NCBI GenBank assembly: GCA_000091205.1
Contig: AP006486.2
Length of the DNA: 64,000 nt
Origin: Cyanidioschyzon merolae
Lineage: Eukaryota
Direction: 5' to 3' (one strand)
Under the pieces are notes generated by a model that searched no databases, was not told the origin of the DNA, and saw only the letters and a list, made by a program, of their open reading frames with translations. This document shows, piece after piece, positions 22,797-34,009 of this stretch. Both the position numbers and the translations under genes were made by a program. Position 1 is the first letter of the stretch. Each line of letters starts with the position of its first letter.

Positions 22797-23873
22797 ATGT
22801 TGAGGTGCGACTTTTGTGAGACGACGGAGACGCCATTATGGCGCGCGGGCCCTCGCGGACCCAAGACTCTGTGTAACGCCTGTGGCGTGAAGTGGAAAAA
22901 GGGGAAGCTTGATGGCTTCGGTCCCGGTGCCTGTAATGTGCCCAGAACGCACACGGGAAAGAGGCATCCGCGAGCGGTATATGGAAGACCTCGTCGAGCA
23001 GGTGCCGTCGCGGATGCGCTGGAACTGCCTTCCCCGGAACGCAGCCTCAGCAAGTTCCGGGGAAGCGTCCGTCCGGGTTGGTATGTGCCGTCCGAACTCG
23101 AGTACTCTGGCAGAATTCAACACCCGAGGCGGAGTAGCTCGCCGCCTGAAACACGCTGTGCGTACGTTGACGTTGATCGTGAGGACTCAGCACCGGTCGT
23201 GCGAGAGCAGTTTGCGCCCTCTGTTTTCGCACCCAGTATTCCTTGTCGCGGAGAGAGCGCGCCTCTTAATATTGTGCGAAAGGATGCAGGTCGTGGTCCC
23301 GGAACACAACATACAACGTTACCGGCGGACCACTTGATTCGTGAGTCGCTGTTCGTTCGCGTCGATAGTGAACGGGCGTTGGCGTCGGACCCCATTGGGT
23401 ATCCAGCGGCGATACCGTCCTGGGATGACGTCTCCATTGAATCGCTCTCCGAGGATGGTGACGGTGCCGACAACTACCATGACTTGGAGCTGAACCTGCC
23501 CGAACAAATGCCTCTGCCCGACGCTGCGCATACAAGTACGCACGTCCTCGGAGGTGAGCATGACTGGCGTCACGCCCAAGGCGCTGCATCTGGGGAAACT
23601 GCCTTGCCACTGCCACTGCCGCTGGCACCCGCGAAAGGCTCACTAACGAAAACCATGGAACGTGAGCCTGTGGATGCTGCTACCAAAGGTGTCCGTCTGC
23701 TCCTAGATGCAGCGCGGTACGTGGAGTACGCGAGCAGCCCGCTCTCGTCGCAGTGGTCACCCCTGAGATCGGCATCGTCCAGCGCTCCGCCGTATCACCA
23801 GGCTGGTACCTCGTCCCCGAACCGTCTCACACCATCCTATCTAACACCAATGGTGCTGGAGAAGGACTGGTAA
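22797..23873 (+). CDS. GATA-type zinc-finger transcription factor
   Basis: It starts at ATG. The N-terminus CDFCETTETPLWRAGPRGPKTLCNACGVKWKKGK is a canonical C-x2-C-x17-C-x2-C GATA finger with the basic tail. The rest is low-complexity. Confidence 0.7.
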   Translation: MLRCDFCETTETPLWRAGPRGPKTLCNACGVKWKKGKLDGFGPGACNVPRTHTGKRHPRAVYGRPRRAGAVADALELPSPERSLSKFRGSVRPGWYVPSELEYSGRIQHPRRSSSPPETRCAYVDVDREDSAPVVREQFAPSVFAPSIPCRGESAPLNIVRKDAGRGPGTQHTTLPADHLIRESLFVRVDSERALASDPIGYPAAIPSWDDVSIESLSEDGDGADNYHDLELNLPEQMPLPDAAHTSTHVLGGEHDWRHAQGAASGETALPLPLPLAPAKGSLTKTMEREPVDAATKGVRLLLDAARYVEYASSPLSSQWSPLRSASSSAPPYHQAGTSSPNRLTPSYLTPMVLEKDW

Positions 23874-26186
23874 CGCATGTGAGTGGGTATTCGCCTGCCC
23901 CGCCGAGCGGATCATTGTCCATGGACGAGGCGTTCGGCGTACGTCATCAGATGTGCAGCGTTTAACGCGAACGACGAGAGCACCTCCCGCGCTTCCGCGA
24001 AGGGAAGCATTGTCCACGGACAAGGCGTGTGCGGATGCGTCATCAGTTATGCAGCGCTTTACGGCAACGGTGCGAGCACGTCGCACCCGAGTCCCGTAGG
24101 TGCGCCTGTGTCGTGTGCGTTTACGAATGCGCATCCGTGACATTCGTGTCCCGCGTTACCGTCAGACACGCACACACGAAGCGTGTTGCCACTGAGCTGC
24201 CGTGCAATAGCGGCACGCTCTTCTAATCTCTAATCCTTAACCTTTTGAAACAACTGAAACTTTCAACCTCATTTCTATTTTACCCACACACGGTCTCCTG
24301 ACATGAACTACAAATGTGATGTGGTCAAAAGAAGACGCATTCAGTCAGAAATATCGCTGATATGCGAGCGCCGACTTGGTACTAGTGCCGACGCTGTGCG
24401 TACCTCGACAGTGGACAGGCAGGGAGGCACACGGAGGTCATGTTGAACACAAATGCCGTGGCGGTATGGTGTTCGACTCCTGCCACCCGCTGGTCTCTTA
24501 TCGAGGCCGCACTGATGCTGCTTGCCTGTTCGCGTCGTCGGTGCGTGCGCCGAGCGGCGGCAAAGCCTGTGCTTCGTATGTAACTTAGATTGAACGCATA
24601 CCCGCAGATATCAAGTATGCTAACTCGTTTAACAGTAAAACTCACCGAGTGTCTCTTGAACGAGTGCTGTTCTGTTCATCGCGCTGCGCATGGACTTGTT
24701 CTGGGAACGCTGCGTACCGCTCTTGACCACAGACATGCGGCTGTATGGTGCGATACGCAGCGGACATCATCGCAGAGACAGTGTCCTAGATATTGGTAAA
24801 AGACAGTGATCACATCGGAGGCAGCTTCTAGTATCGCAGCGCAAGGGCGATGATCGCAGCGGGGGCGCATCCCGCAGGGCAGCACGAAGTTTGACCGAGA
24901 AACTGCTGGTGTGTGACTAGCCTCTCTCCGCATACACTCCAGGCCATTAAGCAACGGGTCACGAACACCTGCAAAAACGATCGATTTTAGAGCTGTGCTT
25001 GAAGGCCATCGCCCCAGGCCCTGGACACGACTACTCGCAGAACTGCATAACCGGGACCGAAGAGAACCTGCTCCAGCATAATGTTCGGGTCATCGGTGTT
25101 TGTTGACAAGTCGGCGGTGGCTCGAGCTGCTCCATCAGTCCGTTCAGGAAGCTTCGCTCGCGACGTGTGTCCCGGGAAGCGATCGAACAGCCCTTCATTA
25201 CAGAACGTTCACTTCCAGGCTTCCAAACTCGATATCGCGGTGGCAAGAGTGATCAGTGATGTACGTTCCACTGGCGCCGTTCTTGCCCCGTTGGCGCTAC
25301 CAGCGACACACGAAAAACCACCTGTGGCGTTCTGCAGCAACGCCTGCTGTATCGGAAGTGCATGGCTTTAAACGAACGCGAAGCGTTACCAGGTGAGGTT
25401 TCATTGCAGCTCACGGGCTCGATGTTCTCGAGCAGCCTCGAGCCGTACGAGCGATCGCGACGAGCAGTCAAAACGAGACTGTGTTGCCTGGCTGCGAGGG
25501 GCGGCGTTCGTTCGGATTCCCTCGTTCAAAACACTACTGAACGCGACTCTGCGTTTACCATCGGACGAAATCGCAGGCATTCGTTGAAGTTTATAAGAAT
25601 GCTCGATGGGAGCGCATACTCCTGCTCTATTGCCAAGGTGTTCATTGCCCAAGGCGATGGATGCTTTCTTCGCGAGCGCCAACGTCCACAACGAATGCAC
25701 GTGCGTTTGTTGCGCATCGCCCGAAGCGTAGGTTGTCCCACACGCGGCTGCAGTTCGCAACAAAAATCGCCACAGACCCCTGTCGAACGTCTGTCAGAGA
25801 GATGGACTGGAAGCGCCGGCAAAGGCCAGCAGCAATCCCGCATCCGAACGAGACCTGCTAGCTTCATGAGTCTTAGATCAGGAGTCACCACGACGACTTC
25901 GGGCAGCGTGACCGCGCTATCCAAGCTTGCCGATGCGTCATCGCGTCAAAAGTGAGCGTCTTTGCTGCACACGATGCTCATGGCTTATGTCTGCAACACA
26001 TTCGATTAGGACAGCTTCGCAAGCACCAGCTACGCACATCACCACCGCATAACTGCAGTACAATAGGCAGCGAATCGCATGCCAGGCCGCTTATCGACCC
26101 AGCTATGCTTCTGTCTACTGCAGAGGCCATGGATCAGAACTCGCTGGAGTCTGGGCAGCGCCTTTGCTGGTGACTGCACCATGCCA

Positions 26187-27728
26187 CTACGGGATCTCCT
26201 CGGGGAGCACCGGGGACGCTGCCCCGAACACCCTTTGGATGTAGTCATTATCGAATCCTTGAAAAATTTGCTCACGTTCTGCAGTTGCCTTTGAACTGCC
26301 AATGCCAGCCTCTGGCACTGCATGTTCTGAATTGTCCGAAAGCGTGGTGTCTGTAGCGCATGTATGCCGACCAAGCGACAAGTGATGGCGACGAGCGCCG
26401 TGCTCACGTAGTGCCGCTTCAATGAGGGCTGGATTGGAACGCTCTTCTTTCTTGAATTTGTTCTTGATTTGTTTTCGGTTTCGATTGGGAAAGAGCTGCT
26501 CAATCATAGAATAGTTTTGACCGAAAGCTCGTAGCGCACGATAGAAAAGCGCAGTCTCCTCAGGCGGCCAGCGCTCACAAGAGGCGCGATTCGTGAAGGA
26601 CGCAATGGTCGCAGCACCGCGGCGAGGCGCTCCAGTATGCGTTTCAACAGAGATGTTCTCGTTCTCTGCTGGACGCTGCTCGCTCGTTATGGCAGTGCGC
26701 AGAAGTCTCTGCTGCTCAGCGCGTATCGCTCGACGGTGGCGCTGGACACGGCGCTGCAGATCGCACTCGACCGACGCTGGACCCGAAGCCGCTGACGCCA
26801 TCGAAGCGTTACCTCCCACCGCACCAGCATGATCTGAATGCTGTTCAGGGTGCACGCTTTCTTGTCCAGCATCAGCGTGCGCATCCGCCACATGCGAAGC
26901 GGTGACGACTAACGAGCGCTCATCCAGGACAAGGTTGCCGCGATTATCTAAGCGGACCTGTGGTGCAAGAACGACGGTATCTGCACCAGGGATCCGTCGG
27001 TCGAGCCTGTCGGATTGTGTGTCCTCCACGATAGCAGGCGATTCATAGAGTCGTTCAGGAACCAACACATCACGTGTGGCTGGTGCCCCTGATACACCGC
27101 CTTGCCTAGGCGATGGGCCCTCGGTCTCTGCGGGTATCTGCAACCCGATGTCTTTCGCAGACGCTTCCGCAACTGTTTCTTCAGAGCCAGGTGAGCAGTG
27201 TGCGGTACCCGTACGGTTGTCAGCCTGTCGTCGACGGCGGTCCACAGTTGGAGTGCGGTTGACGGGGCGCTGGCGGCTTCGTACGAGTTCTCGGATCCCT
27301 AGAGAGAGAGGATCAACGCTCATGGCTCCCGTATAACTTTTCTCAGCGTCTACTGCGCTTGCATCACTTGGTCGCGAGTGGCCCAGGCTGCTTCCGCCCG
27401 TCATTCGCGTGCGTTCAACATCCTGCACGAACCGAGACAACGGCGGAGAGACTAGCAGCCGTGTCATACCGCCCTGTTCAGAGACAGCTTCAGCGTCCAA
27501 ATAGTCGTCCGAGCCGACATCAACTTCGGGGACGCTGCGTTGACCCGGAACTACGTGACTTGCGACCTCCGAGTGAGGAGCTTCGTTGACTCCCACAGTG
27601 CCGCTGGACGGGTGCGTGTTCGGCGACCTTGGGGTCTGCCGCGGCACACGCCGTTGGCGCTTTCGCGAAGCACCCTCTGGCGGTAGTGAGGCTACCAACT
27701 CGATATTTTCAGTTGGTGAAGTCGACAT
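26187..27728 (-). CDS. TFIIIB B'' (Bdp1)-like protein with a SANT/Myb domain
   Basis: It starts at ATG. The C-terminal segment WPPEETALFYRALRAFGQNYSMIEQLFPNRNRKQIKNKFKKEERSNPALIEAAL matches the Bdp1 extended SANT domain (..LF..AL..FG.DFS.I..L.P.RTRRQIK.KFK.EE..NP..I..AL). The remainder is low-complexity. Confidence 0.6.
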   Translation of the reverse strand: MSTSPTENIELVASLPPEGASRKRQRRVPRQTPRSPNTHPSSGTVGVNEAPHSEVASHVVPGQRSVPEVDVGSDDYLDAEAVSEQGGMTRLLVSPPLSRFVQDVERTRMTGGSSLGHSRPSDASAVDAEKSYTGAMSVDPLSLGIRELVRSRQRPVNRTPTVDRRRRQADNRTGTAHCSPGSEETVAEASAKDIGLQIPAETEGPSPRQGGVSGAPATRDVLVPERLYESPAIVEDTQSDRLDRRIPGADTVVLAPQVRLDNRGNLVLDERSLVVTASHVADAHADAGQESVHPEQHSDHAGAVGGNASMASAASGPASVECDLQRRVQRHRRAIRAEQQRLLRTAITSEQRPAENENISVETHTGAPRRGAATIASFTNRASCERWPPEETALFYRALRAFGQNYSMIEQLFPNRNRKQIKNKFKKEERSNPALIEAALREHGARRHHLSLGRHTCATDTTLSDNSEHAVPEAGIGSSKATAEREQIFQGFDNDYIQRVFGAASPVLPEEIP

Positions 27729-27865
27729 GTCACCCTGCAGCTGAAAGCACAGGCGAAACGGCGCTTTCCTGAACCGCTACCAGCCACGTAGATACAGCAC
27801 TTTGAGCATTGAAAAAGTAAGGCTGCGGGCGCCTGCCGCAGTGCCGGTGCGCTGGCTCTGTTATC

Positions 27866-28515
27866 CCTTTTTTTCGATGACGAAACGTTTATATGGACCG
27901 TGGATCCCAGATTGCTGAATCCATACAGGCTTTCGGGAATGTTTCCATTATGCAGGGCAATACTCCCAAGTTCCGTCACGTATACTTCCTTTCGGATATA
28001 CTGGTCGTGTTGTACATGCTATCGTTCACAGAGTACCCGCTGTGAGCGCTCGCCGTAGCGCCTTTACCGCTGGTGCGGATGAAGCGCGGAGACGGAACGG
28101 CGTTGGTATGCCCATAGACATGTAGGCTCGAGGCATGGTGCACCTGATACGGTGTCGGAGTACGTAGTAATTCTGGGAGCCTGCAAACTGCGTAGACAGA
28201 CCTACTGCCTGCGGTACCGGGAGGCGATAAACTAGGAGTCCACCGCGACCGGGGTGATATCCAGATGCAGCTTAACTGCCCCTAGTCCTGGAATAAACTG
28301 CACTGCGGACGAGTTGCTCAGATCTCACTGAGGCACGAGGCACAGTGGGGAGCAAGAAGCGCAAGCGCGGCAAACTCGTCCGGCTCACGGGACCTTCCGC
28401 CTGGAAGGTAAACTAGCGATAATACGGAAACCTTTTCCCCTTTTACCGTCTACGTTAGAGAGGGAAAGAAATCGCTATCTCGTTCCTAGTTCGTGGTTCG
28501 TCTCTGTTCTCTTTT
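27866..28515 (-). repeat. Element R, copy ii (solo copy, not next to a Fanzor gene)
   Basis: It aligns end to end with copies i and iii. The T7 run at 27866-27872 corresponds to an A-tail on the minus strand. Confidence 0.65.
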
Positions 28516-30202
28516 CTATCCCACATCAATCTATGATACCGAATCGCAGCTCGAGACGCTTCAGCGGTAGACATGTTCAATACACTTGGTGCGGTGTGCC
28601 TGCATGCTAGGGTGCGTTATTCGGATATGAACGTGTGTCTCTTGCACCTCTGGCGGGTATTTTCACGAACGCTACCTGGGGAGGTTTCGAGCACCTGCAC
28701 GCCACGATGCAGTGTTCCGATACCTGGGTTTACCTTTTGGCACCTCGTGGACGCATTTCCATGCACCCTTCACGGGCAGGTTTCGTGCAATTGCATGCTA
28801 TGGCGTGGTGCTGGAATGCAAAAACGTGTCATTTGTGTCGTATGTCGGGGCTGTATACACGAGATCTGTTCATGACTGCAGATAAAGCGCGGTTTATGGC
28901 TCGCTATGCGATTACGTTCCCGTATCCGGAAGCGTTTGGCGAAAGCCCCGTTCGAACTTCGCTAACAGCGCAGGATGCCCATGACTTGTGTTTGCGGAGA
29001 ACTCGTTCGTTCTGTCTGTCTCCGCAAGTCTCCCGGCAGATGCATACGAACATGGATTCTTGGCCGCTGCACCATATGGAATTTCCCGACGAATGCACCA
29101 TCTGATGTAGAGCTCTTCTCGGATCGAGTTTCGCGAACGAGTCGCTCCACGACGTCCCAGACAGCTTTGTACGACTAGAAGAGTGTTGGAGCATCTTGCA
29201 GTCCAGAGAGATGTTCCCGTATCATGACCAAGCAACACGGCGCCCTCATGGAGCAAGTCGAAGTGCTCACCTCTAGCGCACGCTCTCCTGTGCGCCCCCT
29301 GGTACTTGCAACGCTCGTTCGCTCGAGTCCAGCGATGGATGCTGCTGTCTCACATGTACCTCACAAGCGAATCTCCGCTGCCTTGTCTGGGCGTCTCGAA
29401 TGCGATGCTCGACGCTTTAGCGCCGAATCGTAGGTGCCAGTCGGGCACCGCCCGGTAATCCGCTCGGACTATGCGTTATGCGTCTCGTCAATCTAAACGA
29501 GGACCATTGCAATACGCTTGGAACTGCTGCACGGGTCAAGTGATGTGCCACGGTCAGCGCCGACCTGGGACTCGCTCCAAGCCACTTGTCCGTGTTGCAT
29601 CGATCAGCGCTCATGCCGTGCACACGATGCTACCCCGAATTCCTATTACACGCTTCATTTGGACGACCAGTGAGCATCCAAACAGCCGCTCACTTCAGGC
29701 TCTGGTGAATCCTCCGTACAAGGGGCGCTTGCACGACGATTTCTTTTCGCACTGGAAGAGCGGTCGGCCTCGTGACCCTGTTCGCTCGTTAGTCGACCAG
29801 TTGCTCAGGACCAGCACCCATCAGATGTCAACAAGACGTCACCTTCAGGGAATACCAAGCCCGTAGACCAACACATTCTGCAGGGAGTACCGAGCGCAGA
29901 GTATTTCTGATTAAAGCTTGCCTTACAAATGCCCAATGCATAGCTTCGTTGTATGAGGACACCAGCTTCTGCAAGGCGTGCTCCAGTCAGAAAGATTCTG
30001 CTTTGGGTACGCCATACACAAAAGCCCACTGCATAGCTTCATCCTACAAGAAGGGCTGTCACGACGGCCTTGCGTCTGTTCTGGCAGCAGCGTCGGGTGC
30101 GCAACGTTGCGTCGTGGTGCGGTAGGGCCGCAAAGAACAGCAACGAAGGCTGTGCTTGGGGGGTTTTTTATCCCGGCAAAGAGCTCTTTTCGAGATTGGA
30201 AT

Positions 30203-31549
30203 ATGGCCTCTCCTCCAGTGACTGACTGGGCTGAGGATGAGGTGGAAGGGTTCGGAAGAAGCTATGAGGAAAGGCGAGGTCTATGGATGGGCGTTGGTGC
30301 GAAGTCACGTGGCGAGACCGTTGCTGGGCGTTCGGGCGTCGCTACAGACGTTCATCTGGCACCGGAGCGCTCGTCCCAGTCTCATGGGGAGCACGCTTCT
30401 GTCCATGCCGCTGAAAGCACTGAGATCAAGCATAGCACTGTTCGTTCCACGCTTCCAGGATCTGCAAAAGTGGCAAGCGCACGTAAGGATCCCGGCAGCG
30501 CGCACCAGAGGGAGGGAAGAGCTGCGTCTTCCTGCCCACAGGAGGGCAGGAAGACGCGCTCGCCTGCACGGACGGGTATGCGGCAAGGTCTCGACGAAGC
30601 CTTTGGGCGTATATCCGTGCGCGCGGAATCACTGAATCCTCAACCCGCCGCAACAAAGAATGAAACAACAAACGGCGCACAGCAGGGAGCGCCTCCCGAG
30701 CCTGACGTCACGGAAGTGGATGCCTTGAATGCCCGCATCGTGAAGAATGCTCGAGACGAGGCCGAAGGGACCGAGCAGCTTCTGCGTGAAGACAGGGAGC
30801 GAGAGACGCGCTCGAGGCGTTTGTTTCCCACCGAGCCTCCCTACAGAGCGTACGTTGGTCACGTACCCGCTGGGGTCCAGGAGGATCAGATCCGACAACT
30901 GTTCCATGGTTGCCAAATCAGTCGTATCCGATTTCTGCGTCGAGCGCCTCTGGCACCGGAAAGCGGTAGCAAGGACCCAGGTGGAAACGCATCAGAGCTG
31001 GACTCGGGCACAAGCACGAAACACACAGTCGTCCGCGCTGCATTTGTGGATTTTGCAAACGCGGAATCCCTTTCCGATGCGCTGAAACGTCACGGCACCC
31101 TAATCGACGAATGTGCAGTTGTTGTGGACATTGCGCAATACGCCGGGAACCCAGCAACAGCGGATGCTTCTGGCTCAACGCGCACTGCACACAGAGGGCG
31201 GCATTCGTATCGAACACCCTCAGCAGCGCCTTCGGAACGTGTGGACTCGCGGTTTGCAGGCCAGCACCGACGGGGAAACGCGCCCACCATACCTTTGAAA
31301 GGCGCAGCACTTGGGCATCATGTGAACGGCACTGGACGCACCGGAGCCAGCGCCCAAGGATCGCGGAGAGCTCGGGCCTCGCGTCAGGGATGGGTGCACG
31401 TAACAGACGGTCTCCGCCCGCAGATACTCAGAGAGCAGGACGGGAAGGCTTCTGCAGCACCTGACAAATCCAGTGGGTCCATATTGGCCCGGAACGACTT
31501 TGCAGTGCTGGCCTCGCTTGATTCGAGTTTGTCTGACGACGATGAATGA
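30203..31549 (+). CDS. RRM-domain protein, eIF4B/eIF4H-like, with an RG-rich and acidic C-terminus
   Basis: The ORF 29978-31549 was trimmed to the ATG at 30203 (MASPPVTDWAEDE...). The RRM is PPYRAYVGHVPAGVQEDQIRQLFHGCQISRIRFL....AAFVDFANAESLSDALKRHGTLIDECAVVVDIA, which matches the eIF4B/4H RRM pattern (PPYTAYVGNLP...VRLVRD...FCYVEFDEV.SLKEAL..DG.LL..R.LRVDIA). The start position is uncertain. Confidence 0.6.
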   Translation: MASPPVTDWAEDEVEGFGRSYEERRGLWMGVGAKSRGETVAGRSGVATDVHLAPERSSQSHGEHASVHAAESTEIKHSTVRSTLPGSAKVASARKDPGSAHQREGRAASSCPQEGRKTRSPARTGMRQGLDEAFGRISVRAESLNPQPAATKNETTNGAQQGAPPEPDVTEVDALNARIVKNARDEAEGTEQLLREDRERETRSRRLFPTEPPYRAYVGHVPAGVQEDQIRQLFHGCQISRIRFLRRAPLAPESGSKDPGGNASELDSGTSTKHTVVRAAFVDFANAESLSDALKRHGTLIDECAVVVDIAQYAGNPATADASGSTRTAHRGRHSYRTPSAAPSERVDSRFAGQHRRGNAPTIPLKGAALGHHVNGTGRTGASAQGSRRARASRQGWVHVTDGLRPQILREQDGKASAAPDKSSGSILARNDFAVLASLDSSLSDDDE

Positions 31550-32269
31550 AACAAACGACGCCGTACCTCGCTAGATTCTGTGCATGGCGGTGGACCGCAG
31601 CATGCTACTGGTGCCGCGCGGTGCTGGCGAACGCTCCGATGTCGTCGTTAGTCGTTGTCGTTGGAGCAGCAGCTGCGAGGCGCGCAGCGGAAGCAAAACC
31701 CGTGGATGCTTCTTGCCCATTTTACTGGATAAAGCAGGAATAGAAGATCATGCATCGGGCACCGCATGCCCCGAGTTTCTTGTTCGAGTCCCAAAGTCCG
31801 CCGGCACGCTGCGCATGTCCATTGTATTGCGGCACAAGTGAGCTTGCATCCTCATCCACGCCTTGAATCAAACAATGGTTATCATGTTGCAACGGGTTCA
31901 CAACATGCGTATCACGTACACCACCAGTGTCGCAGATTCGAAAAGAGACGAACGGCAAGAGGCGTGCCCGCTTCCGCGACTCCAGTTGCGCACCTATACA
32001 CTGCTGTATAGGAAATGCGGGAATTGTAAAGTATTCTATCCCAGCTGCTGGCTAGCGTCCTCTATCGATCGTGCCAATGTATCGATCTCAGTGTCTGTCC
32101 AGAGACCAGCCAGTTCAGCGGCATCCGCGCTATACCATCGTGCGAGACGCATCGACCGGGATGGATTCAAGCCCGGAGAGCGCACTGGATGCCTAAAAGA
32201 AATCATCGAGTAGACAAATTGAATCGAGGATAGCGGTCTTTGTTCTAACAAAATAAAATGGCGAGAGAA

Positions 32270-33100
32270 CCCGACCTGTACAGAGCAGTCTGCATCCGGG
32301 CCAGAAAAGGCATACGCATCCCAGCCTGCAGTGTCGTGCATTTCCGATAATCCGAATTACACATAGAGCAGTCTGCATCCCGACCAGAAAAGGCATACGC
32401 ATCCCAGCCTGCAGTGTCGTGCATTTCCGATAATCCGAATTACACATAGAGCAGTCTGCATCCGGGCCAGAAAAGGCATACGCATCCCAGCCTGCAGTGT
32501 CGTGCATTTCCGATAATCCGAATTACACATAGAGCAGTCTGCATCCCGACCAGAAAAGGCATACGCATCCCAGCCTGCAGTGTCGTGCATTTCCGATAAT
32601 CCGAATTACACATAGAGCAGTCTGCATCCGGGCCAGAAAAGGCATACGCATCCCAGCCTGCAGTGTCGTGCATTTCCGATAATCCGAATTACACATAGAG
32701 CAGTCTGCATCCCGACCAGAAAAGGCATACGCATCCCAGCCGGCAGTGTCGTGCATTTCCGATAATCCGAATTACACATAGAGCAGTCTGCATCCCGACC
32801 AGAAAAGGCATACGCATCCCAGCCTGCAGTGTCGTGCATTTCCGATAATCCGAATTACACATAGAGCAGTCTGCATCCCGACCAGAAAAGGCATACGCAT
32901 CCCAGCCTGCAGTGTCGTGCATTTCCGATAATCCGAATTACACATAGAGCAGTCTGCATCCGGGCCAGAAAAAGCATACGCATCCCAGCCTGCAGTGTCG
33001 TGCTTTTCCGATAATCCGAATTACACATAGAGCAGTCTGCATCCGGGCCAGAAAAAGCATACACATCCCAGCCTGCAGTGTCGTGCATTTGCAATGGAGT
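32270..33100. repeat. Minisatellite, 83 bp unit x about 10, two alternating unit variants
   Basis: The unit is cacatagagcagtctgcatccSgRccagaaaaggcatacgcatcccagcctgcagtgtcgtgcatttccgataatccgaattaca. Its periodicity shows in the identical 77 aa minus-strand ORFs spaced exactly 83 nt apart from 32357 to 33021. It lies in the intergenic region upstream of Rab7. Confidence 0.9.
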
Positions 33101-33259
33101 CACAGGGGCGCTGCCTATGATAGGGAGTGGGGCGCGTTCGTGGAGCATCCGCGAGGAAATGTTGAGCGCTTCTATTCGCTTTTTTATGGGTGCGCTTCTC
33201 AGGGCCCACCATATCGGACACAATCGTAGAGTGGTGAGGGCCTTTTGGAGTCGTCGTTG

Positions 33260-34009
33260 ATGTCGACCTCTCCGATCCTTTTGAAACTGGTCATCCTGGG
33301 TGACTCTGGAGTAGGCAAGACTTCGTGTCTGGAGCGTTTCGTTAATCGACGCTTCTCGCTGCAGTACAAGGCCACCATCGGAGCCGATTTTTTAACGAAA
33401 GAACTGGAACTTTTTGACGATAGCCCCTGCGACGAAGGCGTCACTGCTCCCAAAGAAAAAACAGGAACGTCGGAGCCTGGAGGCGCTGGTGTAGCGACTT
33501 GCGAGTTCAGCACCGAAGCGTGCGGAAGAAGACGGCAAGTGTGTCTGCAAATCTGGGATACGGCCGGACAAGAACGATACCAGTCACTTGGTGCTGCATT
33601 CTATCGTGGTGCAGACGGTTGCGCCCTCATGTTCGACTTTAGCGAGGCCAGTTCGCTCGCGAGTGTAACGTCGTGGCGCGAAGAGTTTCTGTTGCTAGCG
33701 GCACCACCAGCTGCGTCTACGTTTCCATTTGTGCTTCTGGGAAACAAGGTCGACCTTGTGCGCTCCCAAACATCGGTATACGAAGCCACTCGCGAGCATG
33801 CGCTTTCGTGGTGTGCCGCTCATCACGCGATACCATTTTTTGAGACCAGCGCTCTCGAGAATACGGGCATTGACCGAGCCATGACGACGCTGGCGCGAAC
33901 AGCGCTTCTCTATCACGAACAGGTGCACAAAGCAGCCGGCTATGAACCAGATGCCATTCTCGATTCCCTGCAAAACAACCGGGCGGCAGCGAATAACTGC
34001 GCGTGTTAG
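33260..34009 (+). CDS. RAB7: Rab7-family small GTPase
   Basis: The ATG is at 33260 (the ORF track start at 33245 is TTG). It has the P-loop [62 protein letters not shown] and ETSALE, which is near-identical in pattern to Rab7 ([41 protein letters not shown]...[23 protein letters not shown]...GNKIDL...ETSAKE). An insertion sits in the switch region. The C-terminal CAC prenylation motif is followed by a TAG stop. Confidence 0.85.
   Translation: [249 protein letters not shown]

Noticed and set aside
24440-24500. tRNA-like T-arm motif ggtgttcgactcc
   Set aside because: The flanking sequence cannot form a T-stem or a 7 bp acceptor stem, so there is no supporting cloverleaf.
28560-28880. Apparent degenerate tandem repeats of roughly 60-100 bp downstream of element R copy ii
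   Set aside because: The similarity between units is weak and patchy, so I could not define a consistent period.
32270-33100. CRISPR-like regular repeat array
   Set aside because: The units are directly abutting 83 bp repeats with no unique spacers, in a eukaryotic nuclear context. It is a minisatellite.
32193-33223. A series of near-identical 77 aa minus-strand ORFs (MHDTAGWDAYAFSG...)
   Set aside because: They are the same 83 bp minisatellite read repeatedly in frame, with the same peptide every 83 nt. This is a repeat artefact, not a gene family.
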